Source: Marsupella aquatica (taxonomy: Eukaryota; Plantae; Marchantiophyta). Taken from it: 64,000 bases of DNA. Numbering within the stretch: the stretch's first letter is position 1; the number at the start of each line of letters is the position of its first letter. The notes beneath the pieces are model-generated. The model was not told the DNA's origin, did no database searches, and saw only the letters and a program-made list of their open reading frames with translations. The translations under genes were made by a program, and so were the position numbers. Positions 24,907-36,989 of the stretch are shown here, one piece after another. Location: the NCBI GenBank assembly GCA_973895155.1, contig OZ316894.1, positions 25,170,709 through 25,234,708 of the forward strand. The letters are read 5' to 3'.

Positions 24907-26220
24907 GGTACTTAACAAGTCATGGGCTGGGTGCTCATCCTCCAATGGAGAAACCGGCCCCTCGCTCTGCTCTGTTGCAGCAGCAGCAGCACGATGATCA
25001 AAATCAGTGTCCTTCACTCGTTGAGCTCAAACAATAATAAAGGACAAAGCGATTCAAATATCCGTTCAAGGCCAAGGCAAGTATAAGCCCTGTGATTTCT
25101 AAAAAACAATTTGTCTTAGGAGCTGAAGATACTTTGAACACTGTCCAAATTCGAACCACCTTATAACAAACGTGTTTACCTGAAAATGTGCCCCATGAAA
25201 TTAGGGGAAGATCTCTCCCAAATATGGAGACTGCCCCTTGGCATCCATAAGAACTTGTCGCACGTGATTACGCAGAGCAGCACATGAGAGACCACCCGCT
25301 GGAATGCCTCTAGAGAAGAGAATCGAACAAAACTCCTTGCTCTAATTGGACACCTGGGTTATGAATCACAGTAGCGTTCATCCTGAATTATTAAAAATTG
25401 GTCCAGCACAAAGTGTTGCATAGTATTCTACCCCAGTCCTCAGAGTAGTAAATCCTACAAAGTGGGCAGCACATCAATATGGAAGACTAACTAGATTTCA
25501 ATTAGATGTCTCACTTCTAATCTGAGCGAGACGGAAACTGATGAAATCAGGTCTAGCCGTAGCCCTACTCTCATCATGGAACGTCAGGACTGGTTCCCAT
25601 TTTCTTCCGGCTACCTAAGGCAATATTTACAGAATCCATGTGATATAGGAATGTACATCCGATGGTCGTTTTCAAGAGGTGAGCTATGTGATCCAAATCT
25701 CACTCGTCCCAAAACCTATGGGAAACCCAGGACATGAAAGATGAGACACGGACAACGGAATCCAATTGAAATTTAAATTCGACAGAGCACCAATTGGAAC
25801 GAAGGTTTAGGGGTTAAGGAGTCGAGAGTTTGGAGCAAAACCAATGTTGGACCAGCAGTCGGAGACAATGCAATCCAATTCAGGATCGGATTCAATCCAA
25901 CCCAGGAACTGCACCTACAGCTAACACACTTGTTCGAGTACATTATTTGTTGCAGGCACCTGATCATCCCCCATTTGCGTACCTTGGCATGGTTCATGTG
26001 CCTTCTGGTTGCTGCAGCGTGCTCCAGAGCCGAGTTGGAAGTAAGCTACCACAAGTTCTCCAAATCCAAACTGAGTCCTGTACTTGTCGGGATGGAATTA
26101 GCTGAAGGACTCGCTTGCATCAGATTGAATTGAAACAGTGCTCGCTCTCGAACAATCACTGGTAGCACAAAGAGCACAAACAGTCGACCAGACTATTTTA
26201 CACGAATACTCTATTATGCA

Positions 26221-26332
26221 GCCCGGCCCAGCCCAGCCCAGCCCACTAACCGGAGTTACGGTAAGAGTGAAGTACTGTGAGGGAAAGTACGGTTTTGTTT
26301 GTTGTTATTTGTGAGGGGTTGGATTAGGGTTT
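26221..26332. promoter_or_regulatory. Site II (TGGGCY) array plus telo-box between divergent genes
   Basis: gcccggcccagcccagcccagccca (26221-26245) gives four TGGGCY on the minus strand. attagggttt (~26323) is the reverse complement of AAACCCTAAT. This combination is typical of plant ribosomal and mitochondrial-protein promoters. Confidence 0.65.
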
Positions 26333-26793
26333 CATCTAGTAACGCGGATCCCACTTTTGGTTGTAGAGTCCCACATTCCTGGGTTTTTTGGGTTCTCAAC
26401 AGAGTCATATGTCTGGTTCTTGTTCTGGTCATGTGCTGTCCGTTAATTGTAGGAGTCGTCGAGGGGCAGGGAAAGGAATTCCTGTCATGAGTGTGATGCA
26501 ATGAGAGCAAGAAGCTAATTTCTTGAAGTGGCGAACAAGGAACTAATTACTTGGAAGTGGATTGGGGTGTCCACCATGACCATGGCTGCAGCGACAAGGT
26601 CACAAACAGCAACGTGCACAAGGAGAACAACCAGAAAACACAATGCTCCAACTACAATGCCCCACAGAGGCTGAGAACCTGAGAGTCTCAAATCTGACAG
26701 AAATTTTGTCTGACAGAGTCCTCGCCTTGCTCGGGAACTGAAAGTACAGTGCTGTGATTCGAAGGCAACTGAAGTGCTCTGCAGTTTGGAGAC

Positions 26794-28565
26794 ATGAATC
26801 TGAACAGCGTGAGAAATGTGCAGTTGCCTTCGGCGGGGCCCGCTGGGGCCCTCGTCAAAGTACTGCTAATTGGTGGAGCGGGACTCTACGGTGCCATGAA
26901 CAGCTTTGTACAACGTCGACGTAGGCCATCGCGCCATCTTCTTTAATCATATTGTCGGCGTTCAAGATAAGGTCTAATTTTCTTTCCACCGTTTTTCTCG
27001 AGAGTTTCACTTTCTCATCAATTTAACGAAGTTTTTGGTCAACACTCGGAATTATTCCCACCCTAAATGGATGATCAAATGCCAAGCTAGCTGGGATTTT
27101 TCGTGTCCCTCGTGCTGATCTGCTTTTTCCCAGGTTTGTCCCGAAGGGACACACTTGATGATCCCGTGGTTCGATAGGCCAATTGTATATGATGTAAAGG
27201 CCAGGCCCACCATTGTGGAGAGTATCTCAGGCAGCAGAGACTTGCAAATGGTGCGTTTATTGGTTCAACTGACTGTCATGTTAGCTGCTAATTCCTTCCC
27301 TTCTGAGCTTCACGAAAGCGGTAGATGATGATGACTCCTATGTGAGATGTTCATCTACTACTGTAGTGATGTTGATCCACATACTGCTATTAAGGCCAAA
27401 AGAAAACAACAGCGTAGGTGATTGTTTTTTCGTGGGACAACAGGATTTTGAAACGTCTGTTAGTTTCTCAAGAACTTCACTTTTGGGGGATGGATTCTTC
27501 ACAACAGGTGAGGATAATTGTTGGGGTGCTTACCAGGCCTGTGGCTGACGAGTTGCCCACCATATACCGCACTTTGGGTGAAATTATGCTGACCGTGTCC
27601 TGCCATCTATAGTTCAAGAAACCTTGAAGGCAGTGGTCGCTCAGTACAATGCTAGTCAGTTGATTATTCAACTTGAGGTATCAATTATCTTTTGTTTCTC
27701 GTGACGAATGCAAAAGTTAGTTCCCGAATAGGCTGGTGTGGACATTTTTGCTGCCTGCCCATGACCTTCGAACTGATTTTTATCTTGACACTAGAACCTG
27801 AATGGATCATTGCACAACAGTTGAGGAGGATGTGTCTTTCATCTTGGGAATCGGATTTGTGTTTATACGAGTCTTAGTTGATCAAAGAGGGATGTGAAGT
27901 GCCAACACTGTTAAGACGATTAGTAAGGGTTTCTGGGTTTGGTTTGGTGACAGGCAGTCAGTAGGGAGATAAGAAGGATCCTCCATGAGAGATGAGCGTG
28001 CTTCAACATAGCTTTGGATGATGTTTCTATCACCAACATCAATTTTGGGCGGGAGTTCACATCTGCTATTGAGGCAAAAACAGGTAGCTGCACAAGAGGC
28101 AGAACGTGCGAACTTTGTTGTAGAGAAGGCTGAGCAAGGCAAGAGAAGCGCCGTTATTCGGGCACAGGTATGCTATACTTGAACCACCTACGGTATATGT
28201 CTACCTATGTTATTATGTGAATGACGCAATGCGCTCGCAGAGAGAAGTATTCGAAAAATGTGCAATGCTGGTGTCCCGGTGTCGTTTAGGTTCGACTGTG
28301 CACTGTACTTGGATGACATTTGATGTAAACTTTACTGTTATGCCAATAGGGAGAAGCGAAAAGTGCTCAGCTGATTGGAGAGGCCATTTCCAGTAATCCT
28401 ACTTTTATAACATTGAGGAAAATACAGGCCAGTCGCGAGATAGCAAGCACGGTAGCCGGTTCACAGAACAGAGTGTTCTTGAGTTCAGATACGTTGCTAT
28501 TAAATCTACAAGAGATGGAAATTAAAGATGTTCGTCTGCCTGTTCCCCAAAAGAGCAAGAAGTGA
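26794..28565 (+). pseudogene. PHB2: Prohibitin (type II, PHB2-like) non-processed pseudogene, 5 exons
   Basis: Peptides LYNVDVGHRAIFFN, PEGTHLMIPWFDRP, SGSRDLQM, VLPSIVQETLKAVVAQYNASQLI, QVAAQEAERA and GEAKSAQLIGEAI. Lesions: +1 T at 26905-26907, -1 at 27581-27583, in-frame TGA at 27993-27995, +1 A at 28076-28080, plus substitutions at normally invariant residues. Confidence 0.9.
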
Positions 28566-29273
28566 GCAACTTAGATACTTACTCTAATTAACGTGTTCAT
28601 CTAGAAGCAAAGTCATATTACCTCTGGTGCTCTGTGGATGTGAGCCTCCTTCAGTGGTGCCCACCAAATTGTGACGGAAGAAATGTGGGTTCAGTTTTAA
28701 TAACTTAGAGTTTGCCATGCAATCCTATTCAATAAACCTGTGTATTTGAGTTGTTGACACCATAATTATTATACTAATAGCCAAAACCTTGATGCCAAAG
28801 TCATCGATGTGTTGCTCTAAGTGATGTATCTCTAGTTATGTGCAATGTTGGGGAGATTGCCTAAACTCAGCACGAAGTTTCCAGTCTAATTACTATTTAG
28901 CATGGATGCTGCATCCTTATGAAGAGCTCCTAATGCCCTCTCTTGTATCTCTAATTATATGCATCCATGAATGAAGATCTCTTCAAGACTCTTTGCATTC
29001 AAGTGGGGAACTAGAAAAAGGCAGGCCAACTTCTGGGCCAACATGTGCCGTTTTTCGTTCTGTGAAGGAAGAGACAAATTGCAGTACTTCTTGGTGCCTA
29101 AGAGGATTGCAGTTCGAACGTAGTAACCCGTGAATGGTATTAATTTAATCATGGAATTGTTAGATTCATCGCTCGGAACGCTGTCAACAACTGTGAGACC
29201 ACAAATCACTGTGCAGAGTACTTCACTAACAACACTGTTATCAACGGGTGGGCACAGGCATCAACCTTTGGAG

Positions 29274-29732
29274 GAGACCGCATCTAACATGTGGAAGAAG
29301 ACAACCAAGATCAGCACTCAGGGCCATCTCGTGCCTAATCTATAAATCTTCATCACACATTACTTCTGGTCGAAATATACAGAGAGCCAATGGAAAGATC
29401 AAAGGGACTATGATGTGCAAGAGGAAGACTGAGACCGCATCTCACTTGTGCAAGAAGACAACCAAGATCAACACATTAGGCCATCTATAAATCTTCATCA
29501 CACATTACTTCTGCTCGAAATATACAGAGAGCCATTGGAAGGATCAAAGGGACTATGATGTGCAAGAGGAAGACTGAGACCGCATCTATTTTGTGCAAGA
29601 AGACAACCAAGATCAACACTCAACGCCATCTCGTGCCTCATCTATAAATCTACATCACACATTACTTCTGCTCGAAACATACAGAGAGCCATTAGGAAGA
29701 TCAAAGGGACTATGATGTGCAAGAGGAAGACT
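29274..29732. repeat. Tandem repeat, 3 units of ~145-157 bp
   Basis: Units begin gagaccgcatct (29274, 29431, ~29576) and end gatcaaagggactatgatgtgcaagaggaagact. Confidence 0.92.
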
Positions 29733-31252
29733 GCAGAAGTATGTATCTAGAAGCTAGTGCTGTAGTTTGAGAAGGTACATCTACTGAAGTAAATTACAGT
29801 TAAGACTTGGAAGTCGGCCCTGTGGACAGATTGAGGAGGCAGCCGTGAATACAGGGCATACTCGGAATTAGTCCTTTTGATACTTCAACTCATACCTACG
29901 GGTTGGCTAGAAGGGTGGTTTTACATAACGAGGGTGGCCTGGCTTTACCAATCCAAAAGGAGAGCTCATAATCTCCTTTCCAAACCTGGAGAATCAATGG
30001 TTAGAAACTTCTAACTTTGCCAGAGAATCTTGTAACTTTGCCTAAGACTCCATAAATTCAGCCTTGCCTTCAGGGAAATTCTTTTATACCACCTCCAGAG
30101 GAAATCTAAATTCTAGGACAAAAATGCTCCCCACAGAAGCATACCGTGGGCCCCCTGACACACCAACTAGGATTGGGAAAGTTAGAACAAGAATTGGCAC
30201 CTCGCTTATGTAAAGTGAAGTGTGACCAGTAATCTCTAATGAACGCTTTAGATTGCTTGGATCGCCTAAAGAATATTGAATTGCTGCCCCTATCTTTCAG
30301 TTAAGCCACCCTAAGTTGAAGTGATTGCTCACTACATCTACAGGTACCAGGAAGGATGACTGTGGGGGTACAACCCCATTGTAAGGACCAAAGAACTACT
30401 GGTGCTGTGGTTGGTGCGGAATCAAGCGGGATCTCATTATTCACGTTCCTCATTCAGTATGTAATATGTAGAACTCAATATCAATCGAACCTTTTATCAA
30501 ATGTATGGGGGCGAGGCTCCACTCCTGTAGGCAAATGTCCTACACTTACATGCTCCAAAAACAACTGGAAGGAACTTAGTGTTGTGGGTCAGCCTTTGAG
30601 GGTTTATGGTGGCTTGAGCCATGTCCCATCAAACCTAAATTTCTGGACAACTGAAATCATTTCTAAGGAAACCTCCCGTGAAGAAAGCAAAGCTGAAAAG
30701 CATAAATTAGGACACAAAGTGCAGCAAAAATCTCAACCACATACGATACAGCCAGCAACCCCCTTACCAAGCATCACCTCCCCAAAAGCCACAAACAACC
30801 AATATTGCTTCTTGAGGTACAAAACATTCAGAACATCAAAGGGTTTCACTGAAATAGAAGAGCTTAGTGACACCGCCAAAACATGCCTCTTTATTAAAGA
30901 TCCCTGAAAGACGCGTGTGGCAGACCTCGTGTTGGTGAAGTTTGTTCCTTTTTCATTCTTTGCTGAGATAAATGCGAACTGCAGTAAGAAACTTGAAAGG
31001 AGACTAAAGCCCACAGCGACATACACGCGAAATGCTGGAATTGAAATTCACTCTGTATGAAACAGTCATGTCATGGAGCAGGACCAGAAGCAGGAGCAGG
31101 TGACGTGGTTCATACTGCAGGTGGCATTTACGGAAGGCCCCATAGAAAGCTTAGAGTGCTCAAGGTCGAACAAGTTTCATGGTTTCCACCTGAACCAAAA
31201 CCTTCGCAGGTGCACTGAAGTTGAAAAACAGAATCATTCACCGACACTGACT

Positions 31253-32563
31253 TCAGATTTCATTCTGCTTGCTCTCCACAACCATATCCAATCGAGGCTC
31301 CCACTCAAAAAAGAGATAGTATGCATTCCTCCTTTCCCGGGTAGGCATAACACCCCAAGATTTTGTCGCAAAGGTGTAAGTGATCCATTTGTTCGAAGAA
31401 ACGTTTGAAAAGCAGATCCGATCAGTTTGGCTGAAGCATGAATGAACGCCAATCAGCAGACTTTTCAAATACGTGGGAACGCTTACAGACACCTGCACCC
31501 ATCGCTGTCTGGAGAATTCTACTGTAGACTTCGAGGCATCAATTGCCAGCATCCAAACTGAAATGGCTTCCATTACCACACTCGTAGAAGTTTGAACAAG
31601 AAGAACCCTGCCATTGTGGTTTATGATAAAGTGTCTCGACATGGTATGGCAGGGCAATTCAGTATCCACCTCACTCCAGACTCCCGAATTAACGTCAAAT
31701 GCTAATAGCTTGCCAATGGAGAAACACTGTAAATAGATGATATCTTTCCAAACGAAGGTGGTGCCTACTCGAAAGTTTTGGGAGGGAAAGCTTTTATATA
31801 CAGTCCACAGACCTGTTGTGGAATCATATACCACCGTGGTTAAAGGGTTGCTGGAGTGCACAAGGACCACAACTTTGAAGGCCTGGGTGTGCCTATTCAC
31901 AAGCAGTTTAAGGAACTCACAATGGGGAGGCTGAACATCCCAGTGAGGGTAATTCGGTGGCAGCACCCTGGAGGATTGTGTCAATGGATTGCAAACACAC
32001 AACCACAGACCGCCACTCCAGTTCCCTTTATAACTGAAGAGGCCCGCATCTACATCTACTAGTTCCCAGTCCAATTCAAGATAAGACACTGGATTCGGTG
32101 GGACGTAGAACCACTTCAGCTCGGAATAACAAAAGAATGAAGCCTTCCGGGCTCCAAGCGTACACATGACAGTGGAAGAAGGCCGGGATTTATCTTGGGC
32201 ATAGTGTTGCAGCCAACCGGGAGAAGAAACCAGGTTATTCCATCTCTTACACACAGAACGGAAGCGGAAGTGGGCTGCAGGGGGCAACCATGTCAGTATC
32301 TTGTCTAGGAGCTCTCTGGGCAGAGCTTCCCAGAGAGTCTCATCGAGAACAACCTGGTTCTCGATGGCGGTGGTGGCCACATTGTCGACGATCTGCAGAG
32401 ATTCCATGAGATCGTCCACTTCGGAACCCTCCGGAACTGATGCAGACCCGTCAGCAAAGTAATCATGAGAGTACATTTCCAGGTCATATTCATCCGGAAA
32501 ATCTTCGTCGGAGAACTCCTCCTCCGAGAAGGTGTCATCATCACACTCCGCATCGGACAGCAT
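31253..32563 (-). CDS. Intronless F-box protein with kelch/FBA-like beta-propeller and acidic N-terminus
   Basis: F-box signature LWEALPRELLDKILTWLPPAAHFRFRSVCKRWNNLV; plant motifs VCNPLTQSSRVLPP, FKVVVL, VYDSTTGLW, LLAFDVNSGVW; C-terminal WEPRLD. Confidence 0.92.
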   Translation of the reverse strand: MLSDAECDDDTFSEEEFSDEDFPDEYDLEMYSHDYFADGSASVPEGSEVDDLMESLQIVDNVATTAIENQVVLDETLWEALPRELLDKILTWLPPAAHFRFRSVCKRWNNLVSSPGWLQHYAQDKSRPSSTVMCTLGARKASFFCYSELKWFYVPPNPVSYLELDWELVDVDAGLFSYKGNWSGGLWLCVCNPLTQSSRVLPPNYPHWDVQPPHCEFLKLLVNRHTQAFKVVVLVHSSNPLTTVVYDSTTGLWTVYKSFPSQNFRVGTTFVWKDIIYLQCFSIGKLLAFDVNSGVWSEVDTELPCHTMSRHFIINHNGRVLLVQTSTSVVMEAISVWMLAIDASKSTVEFSRQRWVQVSVSVPTYLKSLLIGVHSCFSQTDRICFSNVSSNKWITYTFATKSWGVMPTRERRNAYYLFFEWEPRLDMVVESKQNEI

Positions 32564-33049
32564 TTCACCACTCTTCAGGCTTACTTTGCCTCGAACATCG
32601 GTCCCCGTTTCGTTCAGCTACTCACGAAAATTCATGCACAGCGATTGAACCAACGGCTGGGCGGTCAAGCGTCCTACCGCAAAAGGCGTGAACCTGAAGA
32701 CAAGTTAATATATCACCATCTCTCAAGCTTGCCCGGACACTAATTCAGTATGACATTTGGCGTGTGAATCAAGCTTCGATCAGATCCACCTCCTTCAAAA
32801 TCGATTTCCTGCACCACTTCAAGCGCTCTTCCCCTGTCCGTTCTGTCCAGCCCTAATTTACTTCGTCCCAGAGAGAAACACAAAACACTACCCACGGACC
32901 ACAACTCACCACCGGTTCACGTAAACAATTCACAGAGAGTCGTCGGGGGAGGAGGAGCATGCAGCGCCTGCAAAGATGAGCACCAGAATGGAGCCACTCG
33001 AGCAACTCTACAGGCTTCAAAACGTCGAGGAAACATACAGTCACTACGA

Positions 33050-33332
33050 CTCGCCTCCATAACCTGTGAAGTTTTCAATCGAAGACCACCAGTGTCCATA
33101 TAAAGGGAAATCACCATTGTCCATCTAAAAGGAGAAGTGTACAAAGACTTGTCACTTTTTCACATTTCCCCTCGCCTCCATAACCTGTGAAGTTTTCAAT
33201 AGAAAACCACCCAGTGTCCATATACAACGAAATCACCATTGTCCGTGGAGAAGTGTCCAAAAAATTCTCACTTTTTCACATTTCCATATAAAAGGAGAAG
33301 ACATTGTCCAAAGATTTCTCACTTTTTCACAT
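33050..33332. repeat. Direct duplication (~120 bp, 2 copies plus partials) upstream of the F-box gene
   Basis: tcgcctccataacctgtgaagttttcaat...ccagtgtccatata...aaatcaccattgtcc at ~33051 and ~33172; cactttttcacat occurs three times. Confidence 0.8.
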
Positions 33333-33454
33333 CTTTCTTTGACTTTGCTCCACAATTTCATAAATATAAATAGTAATAAAAATGCTGAACCTGGTGGATC
33401 CAGGTTTTGTCATGGACAGTGGCACTTTAATTAGAAGTCCCAAAATATATCACA

Positions 33455-34331
33455 CTAGCCCCATGCCCGTGCGTTGCACGAAAGACTTTGAGTGAGGGCA
33501 AGATGTTGAGGAGAGGGCAAGATATGAGATGAGGGCAAGGTGTCGAGGTGAGGGCAAGATGTGAAGATGATGGTAAGATGTGGAGGAGAGGGCAAGATGT
33601 GAGATGAGGGCAAGATGTCAAGGTGAGAGCAAGATGTGAAGATGATGGTAAGATGTGGAAGAGAGGGCAAGATGTGAGATGAGGGCAAGATGTCGAGGTG
33701 AGGGCAAGATGTGAAGATGATGGTAAGATGTCGAGGTGAGGGCAAGATATGAAGATGATGGTAAAATGTCGAGGTGAGGGCAAGATGTCGAGGAGAGGGC
33801 AAGATGTTGAGGAGATGGCAAGATTTCGAGGAGAGGGCAAGATGTCGAGGAGAGGGCAAGATGTCAAGGTGAGGGCAAGATGTCGAGGTGAGGGCAAGAT
33901 TTCGGGGAGAGGGTAAGATGTTGAGGTGAGGGCAAGATGTCGAGGTGAGGGCAAGATTTTGAGGAGAGGGCAAGATGTTGAGGTGAGGGCAAGATGTCAA
34001 GGTGAGGCAAGATTTTGAGGCGAGGCAAACATGGTTGTGCATTGCAAACATATAATTCAGGCAAAAAGTTAAACATATTAATACAAAAGTGATGCAATCT
34101 TTATTCACGCGTTCAATAAAGAACCTCATCATTTCCAAGCAATAAAGAACCTCATCATATACAACATTTTTTGTCCATCATTCTCCTCGACATCTTGCCA
34201 TCACCTCAACATCTTTTCTTCTCTCCACATCTTGCCCTCACCTTGACATCTTTCTGTCAACATCTTGCCCTCACCTCAAAATCTTTCGTGCAACGCACGG
34301 GCATAGGGCTTGTTCAAAATAATTATATAGA
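33455..34331 (-). mobile_element. Non-autonomous Helitron-like element filled with a 19-bp minisatellite, with two opposite 3'-end signatures
   Basis: Minus strand cgtgcaacgcacgggca-tgggg-CTAG|T ends at 33455; plus strand cgtgcaacgcacgggca-taggg-CTTG|T ends at 34312. Both match the plant Helitron 3' hairpin plus CTRR|T pattern. A|TCTATATA (5'-end-like) lies on the minus strand at 34331. Confidence 0.65.
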
Positions 34332-35040
34332 TAACGTATGAACGCAGTGATAGTCAAGTGAAGGCAAGATGTCAAGGTGAGGGCAAGATGTGGAGAGAGG
34401 AAAAGATGTTGCTCACGTGATGGCAAGATGTCAAGGAGAAGGCAAGATGTTGAGGAGAAAGCAAGATGTCGAGGCAAGGGAAAGATGTTAAGGTGAGGGA
34501 AATACGTAGAGGTGAGGAAAATGTCAAAGAGAGAAAAAGATGTCAGAGTGAGGAAAATATATCAAAGGCGAGAAAATATGCATAGTAGAGAAAAATATTG
34601 AGGTGAGAAAATGAAATTGATTGAGAAAAGAATGTTCATGAGAAGAGAAGATGTCAAGGAGAGAAAAGACATCAAGGAAAAATATGTCAAGGTGAGAGTA
34701 AATGTCGAGGTGAGAAAAAGACATCGAGGTGAGAAAAGATGTGGAGACCGTGAGAAAATATGTTGAAGTGAGAAAACAATGTTGAGGTTTCAATTGAGGT
34801 GTGAAAATAATGTGAAGGAGAGAAAAAACATTCAAGGAGAGACGAATGTAGAGAAGAGAAAAGATGTCAATGTGAGAAAGCAGTGTCACTGAAGGAGGAA
34901 AAAGATGTTGATGTGAGAAAAATAAGTCGAAGCAAGAAAAATGTGAGGCATGACAAAAATGAAGGCAAGACAAAAATGTCAAAGCAAAGCATGTCCCAAG
35001 GAGTTGTTGTGAGGGCAAGGGTGGGAGAGGGTGAGGGCAC
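33490..35040. repeat. 19-bp minisatellite (gagggcaagatgtcgaggt): conserved 33490-34025, inverted 34180-34280, increasingly degenerate 34355-35040
   Basis: Dozens of gcaagatgt cores at ~19 bp spacing, producing repetitive ORFs in all three minus-strand frames. Confidence 0.95.
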
Positions 35041-36989
35041 CGCAAGACAGCCAGAGGCAGTGGTTTAGGGTTTGGAGTACCCTAAACCCAGGGCCATATA
35101 TATGGACGGAGGGAATGTTATTTCCTTTCTTCTCCTCCTTTTTGTTTTCTCCTCCTCTCTTGCACCCTCCCTCTCTCTCCTTCCAGTCTCCCTCCCTGGC
35201 TATTCAACTCCCTCCCTCCCCCCTCCAACACGATTAAAAGGTAAGAAAAAAACCGGGAGGAAAACACAAAATGATCTGAAAGAAAAATGACAATTTCTCT
35301 TATTCCTAGCACAAAGCCAAAAAAAAAACTCTTAACCCAATGTACCTTCCTCAGAGCAAATATATCCATGGGTATCCCCTTCCATTGGGTATCCCCTTTC
35401 ACTTAAGCTGAGGTCATTAAAATTAATGGAATATATTTGAAGGTATTAGTTGTTCCCTCATTTTAACACTTTTTTAAAATAGACTGCACAAAAGCTTTTA
35501 GGCAGGATAGCTTTTTATAGTGTTTGATAACTCAACACCCATGTGTTGGGCAGAAAATGTCGTTGTCTAAAACGTGTTGATGCGTAAAATATGTCATAAT
35601 AAGTCTTTGGAGGCAAACTTAACTTTAGAGCCTCATAATATTATGACTGTGTTTGTCGTCAAGTTATCATTGCTTTATATGTTGTGGTTTTGAAAGTCAG
35701 TTTTTGTTTCAATTGGATTGTCATTGGAGTGGTGTCATTGTTGTGGAGGTGTTGTCATTCCAACCATGTCATGCATGTAATCATATTATGGTTGTAACAT
35801 GTTGTTTAGGTGCATAGTTGTTGGTGCGACAATGTTCTCATTTCGGTCGATGTTGTTGTTGTGAAAGTGATGTCATTGGGGAAGGCAAGGGCTGCGGGGA
35901 GTGCAAGGCTAGTAAGAACATCCAAGGCATTGTGAGATTCAAGTTGGGATGCTTCATGCTATATGGAGGGAGAACATATATTTTAACTTTTTTTGTCTCC
36001 CTATTCTCCTCATGCTCTTCCATTTTTTTCTCCCCTGCTCTCCCTTCCTCCATCTCTCCACTTTTTCCTTCCCTCTGAGACCATTAAAAAAGAGAAAATT
36101 TTGGGAAGAAAAGATAACCATCCGTCCCTTCTCAAGAAAAAAGAGCCAAAAAAAAATTCTATGTTATCACTTCCCCTTTTTTGGCTCCATGCCAAAAACC
36201 TCAAACTCTGGTTAATTAATTTTATGCCTTAACCTATTCTCCTTTAATGTTCCGTGCCAAAAAATACTTTATGTGTATACTGTGTACCCTAACACATGTA
36301 TTGTAACCTGTATCAAACATGTATTATAACAGCAATAAAAGGTACCCATTACGTACAAAGTGGGAAGCCAAGGTTGTGGGCAGAATAATGCATGCAAGTA
36401 AGTTGGTCAGGGCATATGACCTAGGCTATGGAAGCCTAAGAGTCAGGGGACAGGGCAGGAGCATGCAAGCCTGGGGGCATGCGTCAGGCTCTGAAGCAAT
36501 GAACTTTAATCTCTTGGCCCGATGCCCTATGCAAGGCTTGTAAAGGGCTTGGGTGGGGGTTTGAGCCATATCCAAGGGATCTAAAAAATTGCAAAAACAT
36601 CTAAGGGCCATGGTTGGTTCCCGCCCACCCTGCATTTCATAAACGGACGATGACCACAAAAAGCGCGACATCGTGTATTATAGTGTTAGATAGTGCCCAA
36701 CGGCAAAAAACACCAAACTGGAGACAAGATCCCAAAGGCAAAGCAACCCAATGAAGGGGAAAGGGCAAAGTCATATACAGAGTGGCCATGTTGCTAGTTG
36801 AGCAACTAGGCAGGTGGGCTCTGGGAAATTAGGGCGCCAAGCAGTAATAGTCTGCAGGACAAAAGGTAAGTGGCCCTCTATCACTATATACTAAAGTAGA
36901 AAGGTAATTGGGTCACTGGTAAACCAAGTACTGTAGTTAGCTAGCTCTAAGGGAAGGCTAAATGGTAATTTTGTCCTCAATTTCAACAC

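Noticed and set aside
24611-24997. 128 aa plus-strand ORF
   Set aside because: Overlaps the probable first coding exon of Der on the opposite strand; non-ATG start and no motifs.
30356-31026. 183 aa and 97 aa ORFs downstream of the F-box gene
   Set aside because: No recognisable domain; the region looks like eroded repeat or 3'UTR. A LINE remnant was considered but not supportable by eye.
33427-35045. Long ORFs (175, 227 and 173 aa) with SCPHLDILPSPRHLALT repeats
   Set aside because: They arise from a stop-free 19-bp minisatellite that is open in all three minus-strand frames.
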